Under the pieces are notes generated by a model that was given only the letters and a program-made list of their open reading frames with translations, was not told the origin of the DNA and made no database searches. Below are positions 28,612 to 36,163 of a stretch of 64,000 nt of DNA, piece after piece. The translations under genes and the position numbers were made by a program. This DNA is from Obrimoposthia wandeli (lineage: Eukaryota). The stretch is from assembly GCA_977020255.1 (NCBI GenBank), contig CDROCS010002866.1, forward strand, positions 62,001 through 126,000. Direction: 5' to 3'. The stretch's first letter is position 1, and every line of letters starts with the position of its first letter.

Positions 28612-29511
28612 ATGAACTCAGCAGACCAGAAAATCACCGAACATCTTTACCAGCAACATATTACCAACCTTAAACTGCAAGGTAAACGACCCAATACTAT
28701 CGATTCTTACTCTCGATCATTACGTCGATTAACTGCTTTCTTTGATCGAAGACCCGATGAATTAAATACCAATGATCTAAAATGCTATTTTGCTTCACTC
28801 ATTCAAACTCACTCTTGGAGTACTGTCAAAGTAGATCGCAATGCTTTCCAGTTTTTCTACCGTTTCGTGATTAATAGACCTTGGGAATGGCTCAATATCG
28901 TCAAACCACCTCAAGTAAAAACACTCCCCGATATCCTAACACCCAATGAAATTTCAGCTATTATTTCACGCACTAAACAACTGCGATATCAAACTTTCTT
29001 TCTCACCCTTTATAGCTTGGGACTACGCTTAGGTGAAGGACGGCATCTGGCGGTTGGTGATATAGACAAAGCGCTAATGCAAGTACATATCCGCAATGCT
29101 AAAGGAGGAAAAGACCGATACATCACACTGCCGCAGCGCACCTTGAAAGCACTACGCTTCTACTGGGTAACCCACCGCCATCCCAAATGGATATTCCCTG
29201 GTAAATCGTCTACACCGGACACTGTGATTGATTCAAGCGGCATACAAAAGGCGCTCAGAGCGGTTGTTAAAGAATGTCCCTTCAATAAGAAAGTGTCTCC
29301 GCATACTTTACGACATTGCTATGCAACCCACTTGCTCGAACTGGGTGTCGATTTGCGTTCCCTACAATCTTTACTTGGGCACAACAGCTTAAACACCACT
29401 GCTCGGTACACCCAGCTCACTGATATACGAATCAAAGATACGGCAAATAAAATCGATTTACTCGCTGACAACCTTTCTATTGATTGGGAGGTGAGTCATG
29501 ACGCTGGCTAA
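28612..29511 (+). CDS. Tyrosine recombinase (phage integrase family, N-terminal SAM-like domain), intact
   Basis: YSLGLR, AKGGKDR, HTLRHCYATHLL, LLGH and TTARY: full R-K-H-R-H-Y set; lacks the IntI-specific insertion. Confidence 0.93.
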   Translation: MNSADQKITEHLYQQHITNLKLQGKRPNTIDSYSRSLRRLTAFFDRRPDELNTNDLKCYFASLIQTHSWSTVKVDRNAFQFFYRFVINRPWEWLNIVKPPQVKTLPDILTPNEISAIISRTKQLRYQTFFLTLYSLGLRLGEGRHLAVGDIDKALMQVHIRNAKGGKDRYITLPQRTLKALRFYWVTHRHPKWIFPGKSSTPDTVIDSSGIQKALRAVVKECPFNKKVSPHTLRHCYATHLLELGVDLRSLQSLLGHNSLNTTARYTQLTDIRIKDTANKIDLLADNLSIDWEVSHDAG

Positions 29512-30532
29512 CATCATTAAAGAACATCGAGCGGCGTTTATTGCGCGCAATCATCAACGTATCACACCTAGAATGTTGCGCTTAATGGATGCCTTATTAT
29601 TATGTCGCTCTGAGCAGGCCGGGAAAAGTTTATGGCACTGCAAACATTGCCAGTCCATTGAGCGATTTCCGTTGTCTTGTGGGCATAGAAGCTGCCCGAT
29701 GTGTCAACAGCGTGACACAAGCCAGTGGTTTGAAAGAGAGCAGGAAAAGTTGTTACCTGTGGATTATTTTATGCTGACGTTGACTCTACCTTTTGAGCTG
29801 CGCAACGTCGTTTGGCGTAACCAGCGTAGGGTCTATGCTGCTATGTTTACGATTGCATCGCAATTGGTTAAAGACTTTGCAATGACCTCAACCAAGCTCG
29901 GTGCAGAACCGGGCTTTATCAGTGTGTTGCATACTCATACCCGAAAGCTCGACTACCATCCCCACTTGCATATTGTGATTCCAGGCGGTGGATATAATCG
30001 ACCAAAGCAGCAATGGATCAAAAATAAAGGTGGGTATTTATTCAATCAAGCTGCTGTGGCTAAAGTGTGGCGAGCGAGAATGCTGAATTACCTCAACCAA
30101 GAAAAGCTTAAGTTCCCCAAGCTTCCCCTTCAATGGATTGTTGACTGTCGAAAAGTGGGGCGTGGCTTACCCGCGCTTAAGTACCTCTCGCAGTATTTAT
30201 ACCGAGGTGTACTTAAAGATCAGAATATTATCAGTTCAAATAATGGCGAAGTAACCTTCAAATATTGGAAAAATACAGGTGAGCGATGTACACGCACACT
30301 GCCTGTACTCGACTTTATTTGGCTAGTATTACAGCATGTTCTACCTAGGCGTTTTCGGCGTTTGCGCTGCTACGGATTTTTACACAGTGGCGGTAAGCAA
30401 CTACTAAAGCGAATTCAATTATTACTGTTAGTCATCCTACCGGCGAAAGGTAAAGCGCGAAAGAAACCTGATGTGCTATGTCCTCACTGTCAATATGCGA
30501 TGACCTTTCTGTTGATTTCGCGTCGACGATAA
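29498..30532 (+). CDS. IS91-family (Y2 HUH) transposase / rolling-circle protein
   Basis: N-terminal Zn-binding region (CRS...HCKHC...SCGHRSCPMC), HTH...HPHLH HUH motif, YLSQY Y2 motif, RCYG and C-terminal CPHC. Confidence 0.92.
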   Translation: MTLANIIKEHRAAFIARNHQRITPRMLRLMDALLLCRSEQAGKSLWHCKHCQSIERFPLSCGHRSCPMCQQRDTSQWFEREQEKLLPVDYFMLTLTLPFELRNVVWRNQRRVYAAMFTIASQLVKDFAMTSTKLGAEPGFISVLHTHTRKLDYHPHLHIVIPGGGYNRPKQQWIKNKGGYLFNQAAVAKVWRARMLNYLNQEKLKFPKLPLQWIVDCRKVGRGLPALKYLSQYLYRGVLKDQNIISSNNGEVTFKYWKNTGERCTRTLPVLDFIWLVLQHVLPRRFRRLRCYGFLHSGGKQLLKRIQLLLLVILPAKGKARKKPDVLCPHCQYAMTFLLISRRR

Positions 30533-30743
30533 AGATGATGGAATGTTATTAACGATTGGAACGTAAATACTAACAAAAGGAAAAGCCTATAAAAATAGTT
30601 TAGTAATCAATACCCTAAATATTAGCGAAACAAGCTAAGGACGGCGCTCGGCTTCCTATAATACAAACGAAACCTGCCACTTTAGTCCCGTCAAAATATT
30701 CATCCGTTATCCACTATATAAAGGTACGACCACCACCGGGCTT

Positions 30744-30798
30744 GTCCAACAACCTGATAAGGCGCCGGCTGCGCGACGCCTATCCTTATTTGTTAGCC
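30744..30798 (+). other. attC-like site at the right end of the IS91-like element, oriented opposite to the array
   Basis: Plus strand GTCCAAC-AACCT-GAT[A]AGGC...GCCTATC-CTTATTT-GTT; the extra base is on the plus-strand L'' arm. Confidence 0.6.
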
Positions 30799-31679
30799 GT
30801 TTTTACTTGCAAAAGAAAATCTAAGAAGTGCTGTCTATTTATTTGAAAAGCACCTTCCATACCCATATACGCTATTAATAATGAACCATTTGACGATGGT
30901 AAAAAGGTAATTTCTTTATGTAGTAAAGCTTCTTCATTATAGAGGTAATAACTTTCTAGTTTTTTAACTCCCAATGGCTTAGCTATAATTTTTGAGTCTA
31001 TTTCAAATTGGGTTAACCAATAATCATTAAATTCTTTAGTTTCTTCAGAAGGTGAATAAATCAACATTATGGTTGATTGTGAGCGACCCGCTTGCGATTT
31101 ATCTTTTACAGCTCCTGTCGAGATAGTTAATAACTGCGTTCCCATCCCGTTGGTAGCATTAAATTCGTTTATAGCACCTATCATGAAATAGTAAGGGAAT
31201 TTTGCAGACCAATTCCCACTTTTAGCTTCAACTCTGAACATGTCATTTATAGCAGAGATTTTTATTCCTTCGCTGACTTTCATAAATGAAGGCATAGCCT
31301 TCATTTTATCGTTCTTAACTTGGTTATAAAATAAGTGTGAACCATAAGCGCCAAGTTTTTCGCTCCAAGAAAGCAAAGTACTCAAAACAAGATCATTTTC
31401 TGCGGGAAGAATTACTCCATCTTTATTGTTTAGCTCTGAAACATACGAACTTAATAAATAATATAAATGTTCTCTCGGTCCCTTCATAGTTTGAGCATTT
31501 AATTTTGAGTAATTGGTGTTTAGCCAATTATTAAACGCTGTTGAATCAACAATAACTTTAGCATAATCAAAAACAGGCTCTGCAAGTGGTAGTTTGGAAT
31601 ATCCATCCATTGGTTTGTAATCACTTGCGTAATTATTTAATGAAATGAATGATAAAAAAAAGATTATTAAAATTTTCAA
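30786..31679 (-). CDS. Cassette-encoded secreted/periplasmic hypothetical protein (297 aa)
   Basis: N-terminal MKILIIFFLSFISLNNYA signal-peptide-like segment; bounded by the GGCTAAC/GTTAGCC pair. Confidence 0.8.
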   Translation of the reverse strand: MKILIIFFLSFISLNNYASDYKPMDGYSKLPLAEPVFDYAKVIVDSTAFNNWLNTNYSKLNAQTMKGPREHLYYLLSSYVSELNNKDGVILPAENDLVLSTLLSWSEKLGAYGSHLFYNQVKNDKMKAMPSFMKVSEGIKISAINDMFRVEAKSGNWSAKFPYYFMIGAINEFNATNGMGTQLLTISTGAVKDKSQAGRSQSTIMLIYSPSEETKEFNDYWLTQFEIDSKIIAKPLGVKKLESYYLYNEEALLHKEITFLPSSNGSLLIAYMGMEGAFQINRQHFLDFLLQVKTANK

Positions 31680-31701
31680 ATTGCTTCCCTGCTCGATAAA
31701 C

Positions 31702-31801
31702 GGCTAACGCCCTGTTAACAGGCAAAAAATTGTTGGCTAAAATAAGCGACGAAGGAGCAAAAGCCAACTGTTTTTTGTCCTTGTTTAACAGCTTGTTAGG
31801 T
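31702..31801 (-). other. attC, long family (AATAAGCGACGAAGGAG core)
   Basis: R'' ACCTAAC and R' GTTAGCC; internal similarity to 27235-27333. Confidence 0.92.
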
Positions 31802-31804
31802 AAC

Positions 31805-32173
31805 TTACACCCAACGCCCAAATCTTGCTATTTGCTGAGGCATATACTCCAAAAACCACGTACGATCTGAAGCTATAATTTGAGTAGTTTCTTGGTTAAA
31901 GTAGCTCTGCAAGTTCTCAAGAAAGTTTGCCCAAGTAACATACTCTAAATTTGACCAAGAATTATGAATAATAATTAATTCTAAATCTCCACTTATAGCT
32001 TTGCTATTTAGCCAAGAAGTTAATCTCTGTGTATGCTCAGGATCTTCGAAAGACGCTATCACCCATTCACTTGTTTCATCTACTCCTTCATCCCAAGTAA
32101 TTTCAATTAAATTGGGCTGTACAAGTTTTTTTATATCCCTCACTCTTAAATTGGGATTTAGAAGATTGACCAT
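31805..32173 (-). CDS. Cassette hypothetical protein (122 aa, Trp/acidic-rich)
   Basis: ORF fills the cassette, with an AAGGA RBS just after the GTTAGGT core. Confidence 0.75.
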   Translation of the reverse strand: MVNLLNPNLRVRDIKKLVQPNLIEITWDEGVDETSEWVIASFEDPEHTQRLTSWLNSKAISGDLELIIIHNSWSNLEYVTWANFLENLQSYFNQETTQIIASDRTWFLEYMPQQIARFGRWV

Positions 32174-32181
32174 CCTTAGTT

Positions 32182-32253
32182 ACCTAACGCTTCAAACAGG
32201 GGCGCGTGAAACGCGTCCCGCCCGAAGGGCTTTACTGATTTGACTTGTTATAT
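32182..32253 (-). other. attC, short family
   Basis: R'' ATATAAC and R' GTTAGGT; shares GGCGCGTGAAACGCGTCC with 27920-27994. Confidence 0.9.
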
Positions 32254-32822
32254 TGTGAAGCCCAACTTTTGAGCTCAGGCCACCAAATATTACTAACATC
32301 GAGATCCTTCGATACCTTTTTATTTTGCTTTGCCTTTAACTTTCGATCTTTTGGAAGTTTAGACTTTAGCCCCCAATATGGTAGAGGAGCTAAGCCACTT
32401 GGTACGGCTGGGTTTTCAACCATGCTATCCGTATTGGCATCAATAATTTCGTCTTTGGTAACTACCCAATAATGATTCCATGAAAACCCATTACTATATG
32501 AAGCTTTACCTGATACGACTTTCGAATAAATACCAAGATGATTCAGTGACAATCTAAGTAACATAGCAAATTGCTGACACATTTCTGAACGACCGAATAA
32601 ATTTTCATCAACTAATGAAGCTATTTTATCTATTAATGCGATACGAAAGGCTAAATCCAGTATTTGAGAATCGCCTATAAGATTTTCAGACGGCAGTGGG
32701 CGAACACTGTTCTCTTTTTGTTTTCGTATAGATGCAACAATCCTTATTTGCTCAGGATGGGCTGTTTGAAGAAACTCTTCGACAGTGGCATTAACAGCTG
32801 GAGATACTTCTCGAAATTCCAT
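32232..32822 (-). CDS. Cassette protein with a putative transglutaminase/papain-like Cys-His-Asp triad
   Basis: EMCQQFA...L...LGI...VSG...HYWV...IIDAN spacing. Confidence 0.6.
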   Translation of the reverse strand: MEFREVSPAVNATVEEFLQTAHPEQIRIVASIRKQKENSVRPLPSENLIGDSQILDLAFRIALIDKIASLVDENLFGRSEMCQQFAMLLRLSLNHLGIYSKVVSGKASYSNGFSWNHYWVVTKDEIIDANTDSMVENPAVPSGLAPLPYWGLKSKLPKDRKLKAKQNKKVSKDLDVSNIWWPELKSWASQYNKSNQ

Positions 32823-32846
32823 TTACGCTCCGATGATTAATTATCA

Positions 32847-32951
32847 ATATAACGCCCGCAGCAACTGCAGGCTAAAATTGGCTATTTTTGTGCGTTCTTT
32901 TGCACAAAAGGTGACAGTTTTAGACTGTCAGATTGACTGCGCTTGTTAGGC
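32847..32951 (-). other. attC
   Basis: R'' GCCTAAC and R' GTTATAT; long imperfect palindrome between them. Confidence 0.9.
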
Positions 32952-33703
32952 TAGGGCTTCACTACTGCTGCTGTTCTATCTGAGTTTTGTGACAAATATA
33001 AATTAACATTGTCTGTCAAAGCTTGAATAATATTTATCTGTGCAGCTGTTTGCTGATCTACAGGTAATGACTCGCTAATTTTTAGAGCGAGGCTTATATT
33101 TTGAGTAATTACCAGTTTCTGATGATAATCGCTCATTTTTAATATTGTTTTATTGTAAAGATAAAAGAACACAGCAGCTATAAACTCACTCAACACTCCT
33201 GCACCTGTAGTCACATAAGCAGGCTCTGTTTTACCTAGGAACATCAATGTTATTCCTGCAATTATTACAGCCAAGCCAACGGTAGCAGCGATAGCGGATA
33301 AAATGAAACTTTTTTCTGCTTGAACCTGTGTTTGTAAATAATACTTATCAAGATATTTAAAATTGATTTTTACTAGGTTAGTAAAAAAGTTAGCTTCTAG
33401 ATCATTTTGAAGTTGCTCTGCGCCAACTTGCAATGATGTCTGTTCAACTTGCTTGGATACTAGATTAAATACCCATTTTCGGAATTGGTAGTACATTCCG
33501 TAGTAAATAAATGCTCCAATTGCGCCAATCAAAAGCCCAAATGCTATGACACCGAAAATCTGCAACTGTTGTGGAAGGCCAAAAAAATCTTCCTCATAAC
33601 CCGAAAATGAGTACGGCAAGGCAAGCACGATGGCCCATATAGACCACACTTTCCAAGAAAAAACTGGTGGTTTTCTTTGATTACTCATCGGTTCATCCAT
33701 CAT
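32951..33703 (-). CDS. Cassette membrane protein; C-terminal half resembles the TRADD-N-associated 2TM domain
   Basis: YYLQTQVQAEKSF-SAIAATVGLAVIIAG...GVLSEFIAAVFFYLYNKT...YHQKL pattern, recognised from memory of the family; additional N-terminal TM helices. Confidence 0.6.
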   Translation of the reverse strand: MMDEPMSNQRKPPVFSWKVWSIWAIVLALPYSFSGYEEDFFGLPQQLQIFGVIAFGLLIGAIGAFIYYGMYYQFRKWVFNLVSKQVEQTSLQVGAEQLQNDLEANFFTNLVKINFKYLDKYYLQTQVQAEKSFILSAIAATVGLAVIIAGITLMFLGKTEPAYVTTGAGVLSEFIAAVFFYLYNKTILKMSDYHQKLVITQNISLALKISESLPVDQQTAAQINIIQALTDNVNLYLSQNSDRTAAVVKP

Positions 33704-33707
33704 TAAT

Positions 33708-33807
33708 GCCTAACGCCCCACTAAGAGGCAAATGATAGTTGGTTATAATAGAGAGCGAAGCGAACAAAACCAACTGTTATTTGTCCTGCTTGAGTGGCTT
33801 GTTAGGT
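33708..33807 (-). other. attC, long family
   Basis: R'' ACCTAAC and R' GTTAGGC; CACT[C]AAG/CTTAGTG L boxes. Confidence 0.92.
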
Positions 33808-34209
33808 GCTGTTTAGCACCAATTGTTTACGTTGTTTCAATGCTAACCAATAACTTATAAATATAAAACTAAGTAATTTTGCTATATGCCAGTAAATTAC
33901 AGATATTGTAATGTGATCAATTGTGTAATTTGGATAAAAAACTATTACCGAGTAAATAATGATTGAAACCATAGAAAGATAAAAGGCATTTCCAAGCGTA
34001 AATAAGCGTTTTTTATACACTATAAACAATGGAATTGAACAAATATAAAAAATTACCAACCCAATAATAAAGCCTATAAAGCCAAATGAAAAACCCACAA
34101 CAGATTTGTAAGTTTGAAATATTATGACTTCAAAAATAGCAGATAAGAAAATCAATACTATAGCTGGAATCAATATAGCATTAACTTTATATAGAAAATT
34201 TATCAGCAT
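33802..34209 (-). CDS. Cassette hypothetical membrane protein with about 4 TM helices (135 aa)
   Basis: Four hydrophobic stretches; the stop TAA lies inside R'' ACCTAAC. Confidence 0.75.
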   Translation of the reverse strand: MLINFLYKVNAILIPAIVLIFLSAIFEVIIFQTYKSVVGFSFGFIGFIIGLVIFYICSIPLFIVYKKRLFTLGNAFYLSMVSIIIYSVIVFYPNYTIDHITISVIYWHIAKLLSFIFISYWLALKQRKQLVLNST

Positions 34210-34238
34210 AGTATTGAATGCATCATGATTGACTAAGC

Positions 34239-34321
34239 ACCTAACGCTTGCAGCAGAGGATTTTTAACCGTTTAGGCACGAAGTGCCTGTTAAAAATTCC
34301 TGCTGACTGCACTTGTTAATA
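34239..34321 (-). other. attC of the first (ORF-less) cassette
   Basis: R'' TATTAAC and R' GTTAGGT; central GGCAC-GAA-GTGCC hairpin. Confidence 0.9.
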
Positions 34322-34694
34322 CGATATTACTCGCTGTTTATTCAGTGAGGGTAACGAAACATTCTTAATATGAACACTTTTAACTGATTTATTTTTTAAA
34401 GTTTAAAATCAAAAGATTAAAATCGGTTTCGACTTCGTCGAGTTCATTTCTTTTGTGTGGCCAAAAGAAACCGAACCAAAGAAAAGGCCACCCACGATCA
34501 CCGAAAGATTCCTCCACTATTTACCAAATGAACGGCCGTTCGACAGGGCCATCCATGGCCCACTCACTCTACGCGACATCATGTCGCTCCGCTTCGTTAA
34601 TTTAGTAAATAGCTACGGCGGTAATCTGAAGGGTAATTTTAGTCCTCTGCAATAATTAACACGAAACTAGAGCAAACAAAGCAAATCGTATTAA
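34245..34694 (-). other. First cassette, 450 bp, ORF-less, carrying a highly structured repeat
   Basis: Bounded by G|TTAATA (34695) and R'' TATTAAC (34315-21); no sense-strand ORF of 60 aa or more; several nested hairpins. Confidence 0.75.
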
Positions 34695-34747
34695 CAGTTT
34701 TATTAGGCGGAACAGTTCCGTGTTTAAACAAGGAACTGTTCCGCCTA
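34689..34747 (-). other. attI (core G|TT at 34695/34694) with an adjacent 44-bp palindrome
   Basis: Minus strand GCCTAAT-AAAACT-GTTAATA resembles attI1 GCCCTAAA-ACAAA-GTT; no attC arm upstream. Confidence 0.75.
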
Positions 34748-34865
34748 TCATGTTTTATAGTTTATTCATTAATGCAATATTAGCATTATATTTCAAGACT
34801 TAACGCCTTATTTTACTTTTTAATAATTTGTAAGATGCGGAATGGTTCTTCCTATCACCGTCACC

Positions 34866-34899
34866 TTGACAAAACCTTATAAACTGTATATAAACACAG
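34866..34899 (+). promoter_or_regulatory. intI sigma70 promoter overlapped by a LexA (SOS) box
   Basis: TTGACA (34866-71), 17-bp spacer, TATAAA (34889-94); CTGTATATAAACACAG (34884-99) fits CTG-N10-CAG; AAGGAG RBS follows. Confidence 0.9.
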
Positions 34900-34923
34900 T
34901 ATTAGAAAATAAGGAGATTAAAG

Positions 34924-35907
34924 ATGAAATCACCTTTCCTTCGACTTATCCGCGAGCATATGCTCGCCAGACATTACGCCGTTCGCACTGTTGATACGTA
35001 CCTTTATTGGATTAAATACTACATCAACTTCAATAAAAAAACTCACCCCTCGAAACTCAATGAGTGGCATGTAGAAGCATTTCTCACCTTCCTAATTGTC
35101 GAAAGAAATGTAGCAATTAGCACTCAAACTGTCGCATTAAATGCCGTTGTTTATTTATACAGAGAAATAGATAAATCCCCACTTTTTATGAATATGAATT
35201 TCACTAAGAGTAAGCGTGCAACAAAATTACCTACAGTACTAACAGCCGATGAAGTCAAAAAATTATTAACGCTAATGCCCATAGCCCAACAATTACTCGC
35301 TAAACTCATGTACGGCAGTGGTTTACGTTTAATGGAAGCGATTCGATTACGTGTAAAGGACATTGATTTTAACTACCACACTTTGAGTATTTTTAATGCT
35401 AAAGGTGGAAAACACCGCAGAGTCACTCTGGCCCGAGAATTGACTCAAGATTTAAAAGAACAAATAAATATCAGTAGGAAGTACTTTGAAGCCGATAAGC
35501 TTAACTCTGGATATGCTGGGGTATATTTACCGCATGCTTTACATAGAAAATATCCTAGCGCACCTTACCAATTACTATGGCATTACTTATTTCCATCAGG
35601 TAATTTAAGCATTGACCCTAGGACAAAAACACAGAGACGGCAGCACATAGATGCAACGACCTTTCAAAAGGCCATCAGACGCGCCGCCATAAAGGCAAAT
35701 ATAGAAAAACAAGTCACTGCCCACACATTACGCCATTCTTTCGCGACCCATTTATTACAACGCGGTACTGATATCAGGACAGTGCAAGAACAACTGGGCC
35801 ATAGCGATTTACGTACCACTCAATACCCGTTAGTTGGATAGTATACTCATGTCATTCAAGCGGGCGCTAATGGTGTTATCAGCCCTTTAAGCACTCTGCC
35901 TACTTAG
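34924..35907 (+). pseudogene. intI: Integron integrase, interrupted by an in-frame TAG (35839-41) before the catalytic YTHV motif
   Basis: MYGSGLRLME, KGGKHR, IntI patch (GVYLPHALHRKYP...W-YLFPS...DPRT...RRQH), HTLRHSFATHLL, LGH, then TTQ-YPLVG-stop-YTHVIQAGANGVISPL in the same frame. Confidence 0.88.
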
Positions 35908-36163
35908 CCTGAATACTGCCTGAAATATCCGCGAGAAGTAGCTTCCAAAATAAAGACCAACGATTCCATTCTAGACTCCCACATTATCACAACAGACGAC
36001 CCATTGTGCTGTCGGCGGAAAAAAAGCATATAGGACACTTTCAATACACAAAGCATTCTATTTTGTTTACTTTTGGCCGCGTTAACTTTATATATGAAAG
36101 AAAATAGCTTAACTGAAAAATAGCCGATACAAACTCATAAGAACAATACCAAAAAGGTCTTAC

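Larger units (their letters stand above)
28507..30794 (+). mobile_element. IS91-like element with its own tyrosine recombinase, inserted antisense at an attC R'' box
   Basis: TTGTT at both junctions (28502-06 and 30790-94); two overlapping genes; terminal GCCGC-TAT-GCGGC hairpin; attC-like right end. Confidence 0.82.
27031..35907. mobile_element. Chromosomal integron: intI (+), attI and a divergent minus-strand cassette array
   Basis: IntI-specific protein patch, 8 canonical attC sites plus one attC-like site, and a complementary R'/R'' pair bounding each cassette. Confidence 0.95.

Noticed and set aside
27235-34321. Repeats separated by unique sequence, considered as a CRISPR array
   Set aside because: The repeats are 70-105 bp, variable, palindromic with GTT/AAC cores, and separated by whole genes; this is attC architecture, and no cas genes are present.
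34455-34655. 66-aa plus-strand ORF inside the first cassette
   Set aside because: GTG start without an RBS, antisense to the array, and coincident with the hairpin repeat; the paralogous copy at 27 kb does not preserve it.
34798-34815. TTAACGCC resembling an attC arm upstream of attI
   Set aside because: No complementary L/R partner at a suitable distance.
34750-34860. Cassette promoter Pc on the minus strand
   Set aside because: The region is AT-rich with several weak hexamers; none gave a convincing -35/-10 pair.
35839-35841. Programmed amber read-through (Pyl) of intI
   Set aside because: No pyl genes are seen, and read-through would still leave five extra residues right before the catalytic Tyr; a lesion or assembly error is more parsimonious.
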